Shown here: in pieces, positions 17,595-27,553 of the stretch
How the letters are laid out: each line of letters begins with the position of its first letter
Numbering within the stretch: the stretch's first letter is position 1
DNA from: a virus
Lineage: Duplodnaviria; Caudoviricetes
IMG/VR virus record: IMGVR_UViG_3300007735_000770
Coordinates: 1 to 60,971 of that record
Direction: 5' to 3' (one strand)
Length of the DNA stretch: 60,971 bases
The notes under the pieces: model-generated
Database searches by the model: none
What the model saw: the letters and a program-made list of their open reading frames with translations, nothing else
What the model was told of the DNA's origin: nothing
Position numbers and translations under genes: made by a program

Positions 17595-18297
17595 TCACTT
17601 GCTCCTTTACGGTTTCAATCTCTTCCGGCATCCGCATGGGCGTAGCCGCAATCACTTCTTCCATCGTCGGTCCATCAAACCGATCGGTCATCCCGGCACC
17701 ACTGACTTCCTGCGCATAGATCGCGCCGAAGTCATGAATCACTTTAGCGAACAGCATCCGACGCGGGTACTTGTCGTAGGTGCCGTTGGCTTCCTGTTTT
17801 TCGCCTTGTTTAGGCGTGGTGCGTGCGCGTTCGACGAGGCCAGCTTTTTGCGCGTCAGCAATCGTCCAGCAGATCGTGAGCGGTTTGCCGGTTGCGTCCT
17901 TCATTTCCTCGCCGTTCTTGTAGAAAACGAACTCGGCTTTTGCGTCGGTGTGTTCAACGGGACGCCAATCGTAGCCAGCACGCTTCAATAGGAACGCGCG
18001 TCCCTTGTAATCGAGAACAGGTTTGTACGTGTCGCCCTTCATTGGGTACAGGTAGATCCATTCTTGCGACTGGATCTCATTGAACCCGTATGCACGACCG
18101 TACTTGATCTGAAGTTCGATCTTCGGCGCAACTACGCCAGTGGCGAGCGAAGCCCGCTGTGCGGACATCTGGTCGATGGCCTGCTGTTGGATTTCACGCC
18201 TGAGTTGCGCGTCTTCAACCAACTGCATCAGGTCGATGAGACTGGTCGTATTCTGTGTCTGTGTGGCCGAAGGTTTCGGCGGCGGTTGGGGGTTCAT
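17575..18297 (-). CDS. RecT-like single-strand annealing protein
   Basis: WTIADAQKAGL...YDKYPRRMLFAK. Confidence 0.7.
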   Translation of the reverse strand: MNPQPPPKPSATQTQNTTSLIDLMQLVEDAQLRREIQQQAIDQMSAQRASLATGVVAPKIELQIKYGRAYGFNEIQSQEWIYLYPMKGDTYKPVLDYKGRAFLLKRAGYDWRPVEHTDAKAEFVFYKNGEEMKDATGKPLTICWTIADAQKAGLVERARTTPKQGEKQEANGTYDKYPRRMLFAKVIHDFGAIYAQEVSGAGMTDRFDGPTMEEVIAATPMRMPEEIETVKEQVNANSAQ

Positions 18298-18956
18298 TTT
18301 TGAATGCTCCGTACTCCTGGCAATACCAGGGCTTGTTTATCGGCCTGCGCTCTTTGATTCAGCGCAGGCATGTTCGGCAATACATACGACTCCGGTACCA
18401 CGCCATCAGCGACAGCGCGGCACAGCTTCTTGATGTCCGTCACCTCAGCGCCCCATCGGCGGGTGATACCAAGGCCAGTTACCTTCTCATACGTCGGCGC
18501 GGCGATGGGAGGCGGGACGTATGGGGCAGGTTCAACGTAAACTTCTTCTGCGCCTTCCGCAATAGCCGCCTGCAGCGCTTCTTCTTCCCGCCGCTTGCGC
18601 TCTTCCTCAGCAGCAGCGCGGGCTTCCGCTTCGAGACGCGCTTGTTCAGCGCGGCGAATGGATTCCTGCTCGTCTTGCCACTTGATGATCGACGCCTTGA
18701 GCGTAGACTCAGCCTCAGTGATCGGCTTCAGGTACTCGCCTTCTTTGGCCGTGATCGTCTTGTGGGCCTTGTGAGCTGCTTCCTTCATTGGGGCAAATTC
18801 TTCGACAATCTTTTTCCGCCAGTCGCTCAACGTGATCTTGAACTCCGCCGCCTGCTTGTAGTCGTCGGCGGTTCGGATCACGATAGCCTTGGCTTTCTCG
18901 GGCAGTGTTAGTGCCTCAGGGAACTCCGGTGTTGCTGTCATCTCTCCCTCTTCCAT
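18294..18956 (-). CDS. Coiled-coil recombination-module protein
   Basis: Long helical region and C-terminal LPGVR; sits between the nuclease and the annealase. Confidence 0.6.
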   Translation of the reverse strand: MEEGEMTATPEFPEALTLPEKAKAIVIRTADDYKQAAEFKITLSDWRKKIVEEFAPMKEAAHKAHKTITAKEGEYLKPITEAESTLKASIIKWQDEQESIRRAEQARLEAEARAAAEEERKRREEEALQAAIAEGAEEVYVEPAPYVPPPIAAPTYEKVTGLGITRRWGAEVTDIKKLCRAVADGVVPESYVLPNMPALNQRAQADKQALVLPGVRSIQK

Positions 18957-19501
18957 CTCGCCACGTTGACCGCGCTCAACCCAACGGACAGGTTTAGCGC
19001 GTAGTTCTTCGTGTGTTCTACGGTTATTGGTTTGCCGTTCGGTTGGAGTCGCACAATGATGCGTCTCCGCGCTCTGGCATTCGGGTGAAAGTTTGAGTAC
19101 AGGGCAAGCTGCAAAGCGTGCCAGTCAGCGCAGGCTCCGGTTTTGCGGTCAACGTCCCACTCCTCGTTGTCGGCGTCCGGCGTTCCTGCGTAGAGGTATT
19201 GAGAATGGTACGTTGGCTGCTCAACCCGCTTAGGTTTGAAGCCTGTGCGATGGCACCACTCACGCCAGGAGTCGAGGTAACCGAGAGCGGCTGGATCGAC
19301 GGAGGACTCTTTGAGCTTACCGAGATCCCACAACTCGCAGCATTTATGGATCACGCTACCACGCCACGCCGACTGCTCATCGAACCATCTTGTGTCGATG
19401 ATGCCGGATGATACCAGCGCCTGCGTCACGCTGACCAGAGGTATTCCGTCTTCGGTGGTGTAGGAGTGGGTGGACTCGTCGAACTTTGGGGTGCTTACCA
19501 C
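18938..19501 (-). CDS. PD-(D/E)xK exonuclease-like protein
   Basis: SVTQ, RGSVIH, YAGTPD, DRKTG, QLALY. Confidence 0.8.
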   Translation of the reverse strand: MVSTPKFDESTHSYTTEDGIPLVSVTQALVSSGIIDTRWFDEQSAWRGSVIHKCCELWDLGKLKESSVDPAALGYLDSWREWCHRTGFKPKRVEQPTYHSQYLYAGTPDADNEEWDVDRKTGACADWHALQLALYSNFHPNARARRRIIVRLQPNGKPITVEHTKNYALNLSVGLSAVNVARWKRER

Positions 19502-19761
19502 ACCTGATCCTCGTTATATCCCCTGTCAGCCACCCGCCAGTCCCGCAACGGCGACGAAGCATAGCCGTGCTTGAGTAGCGACTCGCGTGCGTTCTCAACG
19601 GTGCAGTTCCAGTACTTCGCCATATCGACGCAGGCTTGCTGCATCGATACGCGGCGCGGGTTGTCATGGCTTTCGTCAGCCCACCGCAGCCACTGAGTAG
19701 GGCCGCCAAAGGCTTTCTGCCAAATGCGACCTACGATCACTTCAGGGTCTTGTCCCATCAC
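19495..19761 (-). CDS. Hypothetical protein
   Basis: Translationally coupled ORF. Confidence 0.55.
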   Translation of the reverse strand: MMGQDPEVIVGRIWQKAFGGPTQWLRWADESHDNPRRVSMQQACVDMAKYWNCTVENARESLLKHGYASSPLRDWRVADRGYNEDQVW

Positions 19762-19898
19762 GCTCCCCTTCGCTTTTCAATCGCTGCCGCGATCAGGGCA
19801 TCAAGCCAATCGCGAATGGTTTTTCTGTCAATTGCTGCGAGCGCCTTTGCTTGCGCCCACTTGTCTGGGTCAATCTCTACGCTTTGTTTGCGCCACAT
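19758..19898 (-). CDS. Ribbon-helix-helix-like regulator, 46 aa (not in the ORF track)
   Basis: MWRKQSVEIDPDKWAQAKALAAIDRKTIRDWLDALIAAAIEKRRGA; follows TTGTGT-N17-TACAAT. Confidence 0.65.
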   Translation of the reverse strand: MWRKQSVEIDPDKWAQAKALAAIDRKTIRDWLDALIAAAIEKRRGA

Positions 19899-19899
19899 C

Positions 19900-19953
19900 T
19901 ATAGTTATTGTAGTGAATCTCGTTGATAAACACAAGAGGTATAATGCAAACGA
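19900..19953. promoter_or_regulatory. Divergent promoter region between the middle and late operons
   Basis: Minus strand TTGTGT-N17-TACAAT; plus strand TATAAT 8 nt before the terL GTG. Confidence 0.55.
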
Positions 19954-22656
19954 GTGCCACCACTGAAGAAAAAGAAAGCTGTCGTAGATCCAGACACGAG
20001 GGCGCGGCAATCACTCGCCGCGATGGAAGAGATTCAGCGGGCCATCAAGCAGAAGATCGGCACGCAGGCGCTGCACGATGCGGTCATGGGGTTGCCTGAC
20101 GATAAGCGCCGGATCGTGTTTGAGAAGATGGCGAAGCTGAAGGAACTGCAGACTCGCGATCGGTGCCGGTTGTTCTTCAAGGACTTCGTCAACGAGATGT
20201 GGCCGGGAAATATTCCAGGGCCGCATTTTGATGAACTGGAGAAGATCTTCCACCGTATAGATGCTGGTGAACCAGTGCGTGCGATCGTGTGCCTTCCGCC
20301 TAGGTTCGGTAAGGCGTTGGAGATAAACACTAAAATCCCCACTCCGTCTGGGTTTAAGCGAATTATTGATATCCAAGTAGGGGACGTAGTGTTTGGCGTC
20401 AACGGAAAGCCGACATTGGTTATAGGGAAGTCAGATGTGTTTAAGGACCGCAAGCTGTTCAAGTGCTCCACAAGTGATGGCTATTCAGTGCTCGCTGACA
20501 GCCAGCACGTTTGGACCGTGCGGAAAGATCGAAAAGCAAAAAAGTGGACGGATGAGTTGACTGAGGCGATTGCCAGCAGGCAAGCGGAGCGGATTCGCGT
20601 AAAGCAGAAAGAGTTGCGACCTCCGGCTTTGCCGCTATGGCAGGCGTGTGAGATGCCGCACCGGGATATGGAACTAGACCCATATGTATTGGGGGTGTGG
20701 TTGGGAGACGGAGGACAACACAACAACACCATTTCAAAATCAGCCCCTGACTCTGAGTTTATGATCCCTAAGATCAGGAGTCGCGGAGTCGACATCACCC
20801 CTCACACGGGAGAAAAAGGGTGGACTTTACGGGGGTGGAATGAGCCGCTTAGAAGATTAGGCTTAAAGTGTAACAAGCATATACCAGAGGAATATTTATT
20901 CTCCTCGATTGAGCAGAGAACGGATCTAGTGAACGGGCTGATGGATACAGACGGTGAAGTGCGACTAGACGGTTGCTCTGTCTTCTACACGACAAGCGAG
21001 CAAATGGCTACTCAGTTCGCTCGTATTGTCAATAGCTTAGGGAAGAAAGCATCGATATCGAGGAAGAAGTCTTTTTTTGAGGGAAGACAGTATAAAGACT
21101 GCTTCGCTGTTTGCTTTTATATGGCGAATAGTTGCTCGTTGCCACGGAAGAAAGTGCGAGCGAGAGACGCTGAGAGACAGATACATAGAATGCTTTTTTC
21201 TGAAGAGTGCGGTACTGGCGATACAGTCTGTATTGAAGTGGCCGCTAGTGATGGGCTATTTTTATGTGGTGAGAATTTCATCCCAACTCATAATTCAGAA
21301 CGCCTAAGTTATTTGTTCCCAGCGTGGTACATCGGCAAGCACCCAGAAAAGCACATCATTCAAGCGTCGAACGTCAAGTCGCTGGCTGAAGACTTCGGTG
21401 GTAAGATCAGAAACCTTGTCGACTCCGAGGACTACAAGAAGGTATTCCCTGGTGTATCGCTCGCCGCTGACTCGTCAGCCAAGGGTCGTTGGAACACGAA
21501 CAAGGGTGGGCGATACTTTGCGGTCGGCGCTGGCGGCACGGTGGTCGGGCGCGGGGCGCACCTTTTAATCCTGGACGATCCCATATCCGAGCAGGCTATC
21601 GTCAACCAAGGTGCTGCTAACCAGATGCCATCGAAGGAGGACTTCGAGAAGGTATATAACTGGTTCACCTCTATCCGTGGCCGTATTGAACCGGGTGGGT
21701 CGATCATCATCGTGATGCAGCGTTGGGCACCATTCGATCTCGTCGGCAGGTTGATGGATGACATGAAGGTCAAGCGAGACGGCGATCAATGGGAAATTAT
21801 CGAACTGCCAGCATTACTTGAGAAGACGGATGAGAACGGGAAGCAGGTACTTGACGCAGATGGACAGCCATCCTACGACTCTTTATGGCCGCAGAGATGG
21901 CCTGTCAGTGAACTACTGAAGCTGAAAGCCACGCTCCCGTCTTGGAAGTGGTACGCCCAGTACCTGCAAGACCCTAGGTCCGACGAGAGCGCCATCATCA
22001 AGCGCGAGTTCTGGAAAATATGGGGGCAGAGGAGTATCCGTAAGCAGGACGGATCGATCGAACTTGGGGAGATTGACCATAACCTTCCGCCGCCGAAGTG
22101 CGAGTACGTTATCCAGTCGTGGGACACAGCATATACCGCGAACACCCGATCCGACTACTCAGCTTGCGTGACGGTTGGCGTGTTCACCAGCACCAATGAG
22201 GACGGCAAGTCGATCTACAACGTCATCGTGCTGGATGCGCAGAAGTGGAAGTTGGAGTATTCGGACCTCAAAATTAAGGCGCTGGAGAAGTACAAGCAGT
22301 TCCAGCCTGACACCTGTATTATCGAAGCAAAGGCGGCTGGCCTGCCTCTGTTGAACGACATGCGGAAAATGGGGATACCGATGTCCGACTATACGCCGAC
22401 ATCGAGGACTGGTGATAAGCTATCCCGCGTGAACGCCATAAGCGACCTGTTCGCCAGCGGATATATATGGATACCGGCTCGGCATTGGGCTGAGGATCTG
22501 ATCGAGGAGTTCGCTCTTTTCCCGAACGGGGAGCATGATGACTTGGTCGACTCGATGACCCAGGCTTTGCTGCGGTTCCGCATGGGTGGGTTTATCCAAT
22601 CTAAGCTCGACGAGGAGGAGGAAGAGTACGCTCCAGTTGACCGCCAATACTATTAG
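19954..22656 (+). CDS. terL: Terminase large subunit containing an intein
   Basis: PPRFGK/S Walker A, LILDDP Walker B, QRW, SWDTA, HDDLVDSMTQAL nuclease motifs. Confidence 0.95.
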   Translation: MPPLKKKKAVVDPDTRARQSLAAMEEIQRAIKQKIGTQALHDAVMGLPDDKRRIVFEKMAKLKELQTRDRCRLFFKDFVNEMWPGNIPGPHFDELEKIFHRIDAGEPVRAIVCLPPRFGKALEINTKIPTPSGFKRIIDIQVGDVVFGVNGKPTLVIGKSDVFKDRKLFKCSTSDGYSVLADSQHVWTVRKDRKAKKWTDELTEAIASRQAERIRVKQKELRPPALPLWQACEMPHRDMELDPYVLGVWLGDGGQHNNTISKSAPDSEFMIPKIRSRGVDITPHTGEKGWTLRGWNEPLRRLGLKCNKHIPEEYLFSSIEQRTDLVNGLMDTDGEVRLDGCSVFYTTSEQMATQFARIVNSLGKKASISRKKSFFEGRQYKDCFAVCFYMANSCSLPRKKVRARDAERQIHRMLFSEECGTGDTVCIEVAASDGLFLCGENFIPTHNSERLSYLFPAWYIGKHPEKHIIQASNVKSLAEDFGGKIRNLVDSEDYKKVFPGVSLAADSSAKGRWNTNKGGRYFAVGAGGTVVGRGAHLLILDDPISEQAIVNQGAANQMPSKEDFEKVYNWFTSIRGRIEPGGSIIIVMQRWAPFDLVGRLMDDMKVKRDGDQWEIIELPALLEKTDENGKQVLDADGQPSYDSLWPQRWPVSELLKLKATLPSWKWYAQYLQDPRSDESAIIKREFWKIWGQRSIRKQDGSIELGEIDHNLPPPKCEYVIQSWDTAYTANTRSDYSACVTVGVFTSTNEDGKSIYNVIVLDAQKWKLEYSDLKIKALEKYKQFQPDTCIIEAKAAGLPLLNDMRKMGIPMSDYTPTSRTGDKLSRVNAISDLFASGYIWIPARHWAEDLIEEFALFPNGEHDDLVDSMTQALLRFRMGGFIQSKLDEEEEEYAPVDRQYY
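20314..21294 (+). mobile_element. Class 3-type intein (327 aa) with a LAGLIDADG endonuclease, inserted in the TerL Walker A motif
   Basis: Starts ALEINTKIPTP, ends THN before Ser; Trp in HVWTV, Cys in VCIEV, Thr in PTHN; LGVWLGDG and GLMDTDG. Confidence 0.9.
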
Positions 22657-22678
22657 TGTTATACCGATAGCAGGCATT

Positions 22679-23080
22679 ATGAGCAAAACTGATACCTCGA
22701 TCTTCGATGACATCATTGCCGCACCTAAAGTGGACCCGTTGGAGAAGTATGCCAACCTGTTCACTGGCATCAACCTGAACGAGTTGGCGAGTCTGGATCA
22801 GGCGAAGGCGTTTGTGCCTCTGATGGAGAAGGTCTGGAAGGCGAACTCGCCGCTGACCTTTGTGCCGCCTGCCGTGGTGGCCATCCCTAGCGGGATGCAG
22901 ACTACGGTGGCCAATATCATCCCGGTTGAGGATATCGTGGCCGATGGGTTCCCGGCGAATAAAAAGGCGCATTACTTCTATCAGTTTGATACGCGCTTGT
23001 GCAACGTGGCCCTCCTGGTGCGGATGTACTTCTCGCCCAATCCGAACGGGGTCTTTTTGGAAATCTCGACCAAAGGCTAA
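22679..23080 (+). CDS. Hypothetical protein between terL and portal
   Basis: MSKTDTSIFDD...; fills the gap on the operon strand. Confidence 0.6.
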   Translation: MSKTDTSIFDDIIAAPKVDPLEKYANLFTGINLNELASLDQAKAFVPLMEKVWKANSPLTFVPPAVVAIPSGMQTTVANIIPVEDIVADGFPANKKAHYFYQFDTRLCNVALLVRMYFSPNPNGVFLEISTKG

Positions 23081-23083
23081 AGA

Positions 23084-25546
23084 TTGTTCGATCGCGTCAC
23101 CTCCCCCCTTATCCCGCTCGAAGAAGGCCCTGAAGTCTCGATTGAGATTGAAGGGCCTTCGGGCGTTGTGATCGAACTGGAGGATGGGTCGGTCGAGATC
23201 GGCGAGGAAGGGGAAGAAAGTGAACCAGAAGAACACCTCTCCAACCTTGCCAAGTTCATAGATGATACCGAGTTGCGCAAGATCGGCCTCGACATCATCC
23301 AGAACATCGAGGACGACATCAACTCCCGTAAGGAATGGGAGGATACGATCAAGGAGCGCCTGCCGCTGCTTGGCATCTCTGATGTCAAGGTAAGCGATCC
23401 TTGGCCGAACTCGTGCAACCTGATCCACCCCATGCTGGCCGAGGCGGTGATTCGCTTCCAGTCGAACGCCATCATGGAAATCTTCCCGGCATCCGGCCCG
23501 GTGAAGGCTGAGATCATCGGCGAGGTGACCGACGAGCGCATGGCCCAGGCTGAACGCGAGTCTGGGTACATGAACTTCCTTCTGACTGAGAAGATGGAAG
23601 ACTACCGGACGGAGACAGAGAAGCTGTTATTTGGTCTGGCGGTGTACGGATCCTCGTTCCGCAAGGGCTACTACGACGAGGTGTATCAGCGCGAGTGCGC
23701 GAAATACGTCCCCGCAAACGACTTCATTCTCCCGTATTCAGCGAGCAGTCTGCAGTCGGCATCTCGCTACGCCGAACGGATGCGCCTGCCGAAGAACGAG
23801 ATCCGCAAGTTGCAGGTGGCTGGTGTTTACCGCGACATCGAGATAGAGGATAGTCCCGACAACGGCGACGATCTGACTGAGGCTGTAGACAAAATCAAGC
23901 AGCAGTCTCCGTCATCGACCACCGTGGATAGCGACGACGTGCTGCTGTATGAGGCGCATTGCGATATCGATCTTCCAGCGTTCAACGGCGACGATGGTAT
24001 TGCTCGTCCTTATATTGTCACGGTTGATGATAAGGGAAACGTATACTCGATCTACCGCAATTGGAAAGAAGACGATCCGACCAAGCGGAAGATTCTTTGG
24101 TTTGCCCAGTACAACTTCATCATCGGCATGGGGGCGTATGGCCTCGGACTACTGCACCTTATCGGCGGATCCTCGAAGGCCGCAACATCAATTCAACGCC
24201 AGTTGATCAACGCTGGCATTCTGGCCAACCTGCCGGGTGGATTTAAGACGAAGGGGCTGCGTGTTAAAGGCGACGACTCTCCGCACCGTCCTGGTGAGTG
24301 GCGCGATGTCGACGTGTCGCAAGGCAAGATCGCTGACAACTTTTTCCCGCTGCCGTACAAGGAACCGTCGAACACGCTGCTGCAACTGCTGTCCGTGATC
24401 GTGGACGATGGACGCCGCCTTGGGTCGATTGCCGATGCCGAGATTGGCGATGTGAACTCGCAAGCGCCGGTCGGCACCACCTACGCCATGATGGAACGGG
24501 CGATGAAGGTACTGTCTGCGATTCAAGCCCGCTGCCACGCCTCGATGAAGGATGAGTTCCGCATCTTGGCGCGAGTCATCAAGGACCACCTCAGTGAAGA
24601 CGGGTACCCGTATGACGTGTACGGTGCCAGCCGACAGGTAATGGCGTCCGACTTCGATGGGCGCATCGACGTGATCCCGGTGAGCGACCCGAATGCGGCG
24701 ACGATGGCGCAGCGCATGACGCTGTATCAGATGGCCATCCAGTTGTCGCAGACCGCGCCCCAACTGTACGACCTTGGTGCATTGCACCGGCAGATGCTGC
24801 GGTCGAGTGGTATCAAGGATGTAAACCTGATCATTCCCGACAAGGATGATGTGAAGCCTGCCGATGCCGTGGTTGAAAATATGGCGATCGTCACCGGCAA
24901 GCCGGTCAAGGCTTTCGAGTGGCAGGACCATCAGGCGCACATCACGTCTCACATGTCTTTTGTCCAGGATCCGCAAACCGCGCAGATCCTTGGACAAAAC
25001 CCGCAGGCGCAGGGTATATTCGCCGCCGCGATGGCGCACATTGCGGAACACCTCGCCTATCTCTATCGCACGCAGATCGAGATGGAACTTGGGTTCCCGC
25101 TGCCTGATCTGGACAAACCTCTTCCCGGTGACATTGAATCGCGCCTGTCGCTGATGGTGGCTGAGGCCAGTCAGCGGTTGCAAGGAAAGCATCAGAACGA
25201 AGCGGCGCAGAAACAAGCACAGCAACAGGCGCAGGATCCGGTGATCCAGATGCAGCAGGCAGAACTGCAGATCAAAGCACAGAAGGTGCAGACGGACTCT
25301 GCCATCGCGCAGCGCAAACTCGAACTCGAAGCGGCGCGACTCGCCTCTACTAAAGAGGTTGAACTCACGCGCATCGCAACGCAAAAAGAAATGGCGGCTG
25401 AGGCTGCTATTGACCGGGGTGAACAGTTCCTCGCGGAAGCGAAACTGAACGCTCCCAAGCAGTCGGCTGAGATCCAAAAAATCAAGGCGCAGATTGCTGA
25501 ACTTCTGGCCCGTGTGGACCAGATGCAAGACGGAGGGATGGCTTGA
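23084..25546 (+). CDS. Portal protein (P22-like podovirus type)
   Basis: 820 aa after terL; HPMLAEAVIRFQ, PYKEPS, Gln-rich C-terminal helix. Confidence 0.9.
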   Translation: MFDRVTSPLIPLEEGPEVSIEIEGPSGVVIELEDGSVEIGEEGEESEPEEHLSNLAKFIDDTELRKIGLDIIQNIEDDINSRKEWEDTIKERLPLLGISDVKVSDPWPNSCNLIHPMLAEAVIRFQSNAIMEIFPASGPVKAEIIGEVTDERMAQAERESGYMNFLLTEKMEDYRTETEKLLFGLAVYGSSFRKGYYDEVYQRECAKYVPANDFILPYSASSLQSASRYAERMRLPKNEIRKLQVAGVYRDIEIEDSPDNGDDLTEAVDKIKQQSPSSTTVDSDDVLLYEAHCDIDLPAFNGDDGIARPYIVTVDDKGNVYSIYRNWKEDDPTKRKILWFAQYNFIIGMGAYGLGLLHLIGGSSKAATSIQRQLINAGILANLPGGFKTKGLRVKGDDSPHRPGEWRDVDVSQGKIADNFFPLPYKEPSNTLLQLLSVIVDDGRRLGSIADAEIGDVNSQAPVGTTYAMMERAMKVLSAIQARCHASMKDEFRILARVIKDHLSEDGYPYDVYGASRQVMASDFDGRIDVIPVSDPNAATMAQRMTLYQMAIQLSQTAPQLYDLGALHRQMLRSSGIKDVNLIIPDKDDVKPADAVVENMAIVTGKPVKAFEWQDHQAHITSHMSFVQDPQTAQILGQNPQAQGIFAAAMAHIAEHLAYLYRTQIEMELGFPLPDLDKPLPGDIESRLSLMVAEASQRLQGKHQNEAAQKQAQQQAQDPVIQMQQAELQIKAQKVQTDSAIAQRKLELEAARLASTKEVELTRIATQKEMAAEAAIDRGEQFLAEAKLNAPKQSAEIQKIKAQIAELLARVDQMQDGGMA

Positions 25547-25743
25547 TCATTGATCGTCTAGTTCCAAAACTGGAGGAGATGATTACGGAGCGAGTGCAAA
25601 CCCTGTCGACTGGAAGGTGTGAAACCATCCAGCAGTATTCCCACGCTTGCGGAGAGATCCTTGGACTCCGTCGAGCGCTTGACGAGTTCTTGGAGCTTCG
25701 GCGACAAGCAGACGACGATAACGATGGCGACCCCATCGCATGA
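25543..25743 (+). CDS. Small head-module protein
   Basis: Y..ACGEILGL motif, directly after the portal. Confidence 0.7.
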   Translation: MIIDRLVPKLEEMITERVQTLSTGRCETIQQYSHACGEILGLRRALDEFLELRRQADDDNDGDPIA

Positions 25744-25752
25744 GGGTAATTT

Positions 25753-26142
25753 ATGTCCACAGCAACACTCACTCCCCTGCCTATGGACGGTAAGGGCTTT
25801 ACGCCGGAACCACTCCTCCCTGTTCCCCAGGGCTGGATGCTCCTGGTGAAACCGTATAAAACTCCACGGCAAATCGGCAGTATCCACGTACCGGAGTCCC
25901 GTTCGGCGGATGAAGACCTTGCCAGCCCTCTTGCTCAGGTCGTGGCGATGGGGCCTGACGCCTACACTGGCGACAAGTTCCCGTCTGGTCCCCGGTGCAA
26001 AGTTGGCGACTATGTCATCTTTGCCACCTACACCGGGCAGAAGTTCAAGGTTGGCGACCCGGCTGTCGAGTACCGCCTGATCTGCGATGACGACGTGAAG
26101 GCGACCGTTGTAGACCCGACGATCATTCGGAGGGATCTGTAA
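25753..26142 (+). CDS. GroES/Cpn10-like co-chaperonin
   Basis: PQGWMLLVKP, GSIHVPES, VVAMGPDAY, KVGDYVIF..Y.G, YRLICDDDV. Confidence 0.88.
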   Translation: MSTATLTPLPMDGKGFTPEPLLPVPQGWMLLVKPYKTPRQIGSIHVPESRSADEDLASPLAQVVAMGPDAYTGDKFPSGPRCKVGDYVIFATYTGQKFKVGDPAVEYRLICDDDVKATVVDPTIIRRDL

Positions 26143-26143
26143 T

Positions 26144-27046
26144 ATGGACGAGGACCAACTCGAAGTAGAAGTACCAGTCGACGAAGCAGTTGAAGTTGAG
26201 ATCGTCGACGATACTCCTGACGAGGAAAAGCAGCCACCAAAGAAGGTCGAGTCGACGCCGGATCCTGACAGCGTTGACGAGATGTCCGAGCGCGTTCAGA
26301 AGCGCATCAAGAAGCTAACCTTCGAGAAGCACGAGACAGCGCGGCAACTTGCCGCTCGTGAGCGTGAGCATAGCGCCCTCGTCAACTTCACCCAGGGCGT
26401 CCATCTCTCCGCCAAGCAACTCGCCGATCGCGCGACTCGCGCCGAGGCCGCATGGAAAGCGGAAGCCGCCGCCCGTCGCGAAGCTGAACTGAAGCTACAA
26501 CAGGCCAAGTTTGTTACTGCCCGAGAGTCGAACGATGCCGCGACCGAAGCCGAGATCAGCGCCGCGATGGCGAAGATCAGCGCCGAGCGAGCCGAGGTAG
26601 ATCGCTTCCAGCCGCAGACGTTCAACATCCCTGACCTGCCTGTCATCCAGCAACCGATGGCAACTCCGCAACCGCAGGCTCCGCAGATTACTCAGGATGA
26701 CGCGGCTTGGCTACAACGCAACCCGTGGTTTGCCGCTGAAGGCAACGACGATCTCAAAGCGTTTGCAATTGCTTACGAGGAGTCGTTGGAACGAAAGGGC
26801 TTGCAACGCGGAACGAGCGAGTGCTATAAGGAACTTGACGCATCACTGCGCAAGGCATTTCCAGAGCGATTTGACGATAAGTCGACCTCTGCAACTCCCA
26901 AACGAACTTCTCCTGTAGTTGGGGCGCAACGCACTAGCGGAGCGAGAACAGGTGCCAAGGTTACTCTTACCGCTTCTGAGGCGGCGATTGCTCGCAAACT
27001 TGGCGTTTCCTACCAAGACTATGCCAAGTACAAAGGACAAGCGTAA
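26144..27046 (+). CDS. Capsid scaffolding protein
   Basis: Acidic N-terminus, VQKRIKKLT, WLQRNPWF, C-terminal LTASEAAIARKLGVSYQDYAK. Confidence 0.8.
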   Translation: MDEDQLEVEVPVDEAVEVEIVDDTPDEEKQPPKKVESTPDPDSVDEMSERVQKRIKKLTFEKHETARQLAAREREHSALVNFTQGVHLSAKQLADRATRAEAAWKAEAAARREAELKLQQAKFVTARESNDAATEAEISAAMAKISAERAEVDRFQPQTFNIPDLPVIQQPMATPQPQAPQITQDDAAWLQRNPWFAAEGNDDLKAFAIAYEESLERKGLQRGTSECYKELDASLRKAFPERFDDKSTSATPKRTSPVVGAQRTSGARTGAKVTLTASEAAIARKLGVSYQDYAKYKGQA

Positions 27047-27525
27047 TGAACAACAATCTCCGACCTCCGAGAACCCTGGAAACCCGCGAATCCCAGTCGC
27101 GCAATTACACGTATCGGCCCCCGTCTTCTCTGCCGGATGTTATCGAGTCGCCTGACTGGGCGTTTCGATGGATCGCGACAGTGGTGGCAGGATCTCCCGA
27201 TGTGGCGAATGTTCATAAGCGTATGGCCGACCAGTGGGAACCCGTACCGTGGGATGACCGCGTGAAGGTGCTGAAGCAGGCTGATGCCTTTCCAGCAATC
27301 GCGCGGAACACTGAAGGCAATATCGTGATTGGTGGTTTGATGTTGTGCCGCATGGCGAAAGAACGTGCCAATGCTCGCGACAAATACTACCGTGACCTCA
27401 CCGCTCGGCAGATCCAGGGAGTCAAACAGCAAAACGGACAGCAGTTTGACAACAAGTACACGCGCCTTGAGCAGTCGACGCAATCCGGTGTCAACGGCGG
27501 GCGCGAAGTAGAGTTCGGCAACTAG
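27046..27525 (+). CDS. Head-module protein
   Basis: FRWI, WEPV, IGGLMLCRM; between scaffold and capsid genes. Confidence 0.7.
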   Translation: MNNNLRPPRTLETRESQSRNYTYRPPSSLPDVIESPDWAFRWIATVVAGSPDVANVHKRMADQWEPVPWDDRVKVLKQADAFPAIARNTEGNIVIGGLMLCRMAKERANARDKYYRDLTARQIQGVKQQNGQQFDNKYTRLEQSTQSGVNGGREVEFGN

Positions 27526-27553
27526 CTGTCTCCAACCAACGGAGAACTATTCG

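Noticed and set aside
24188-25528. Long antisense or alternative-frame ORFs (also 13907..15001, 22601..23428, 42501..43286)
   Set aside because: These are shadow ORFs of GC-rich real genes, with no RBS or protein motifs
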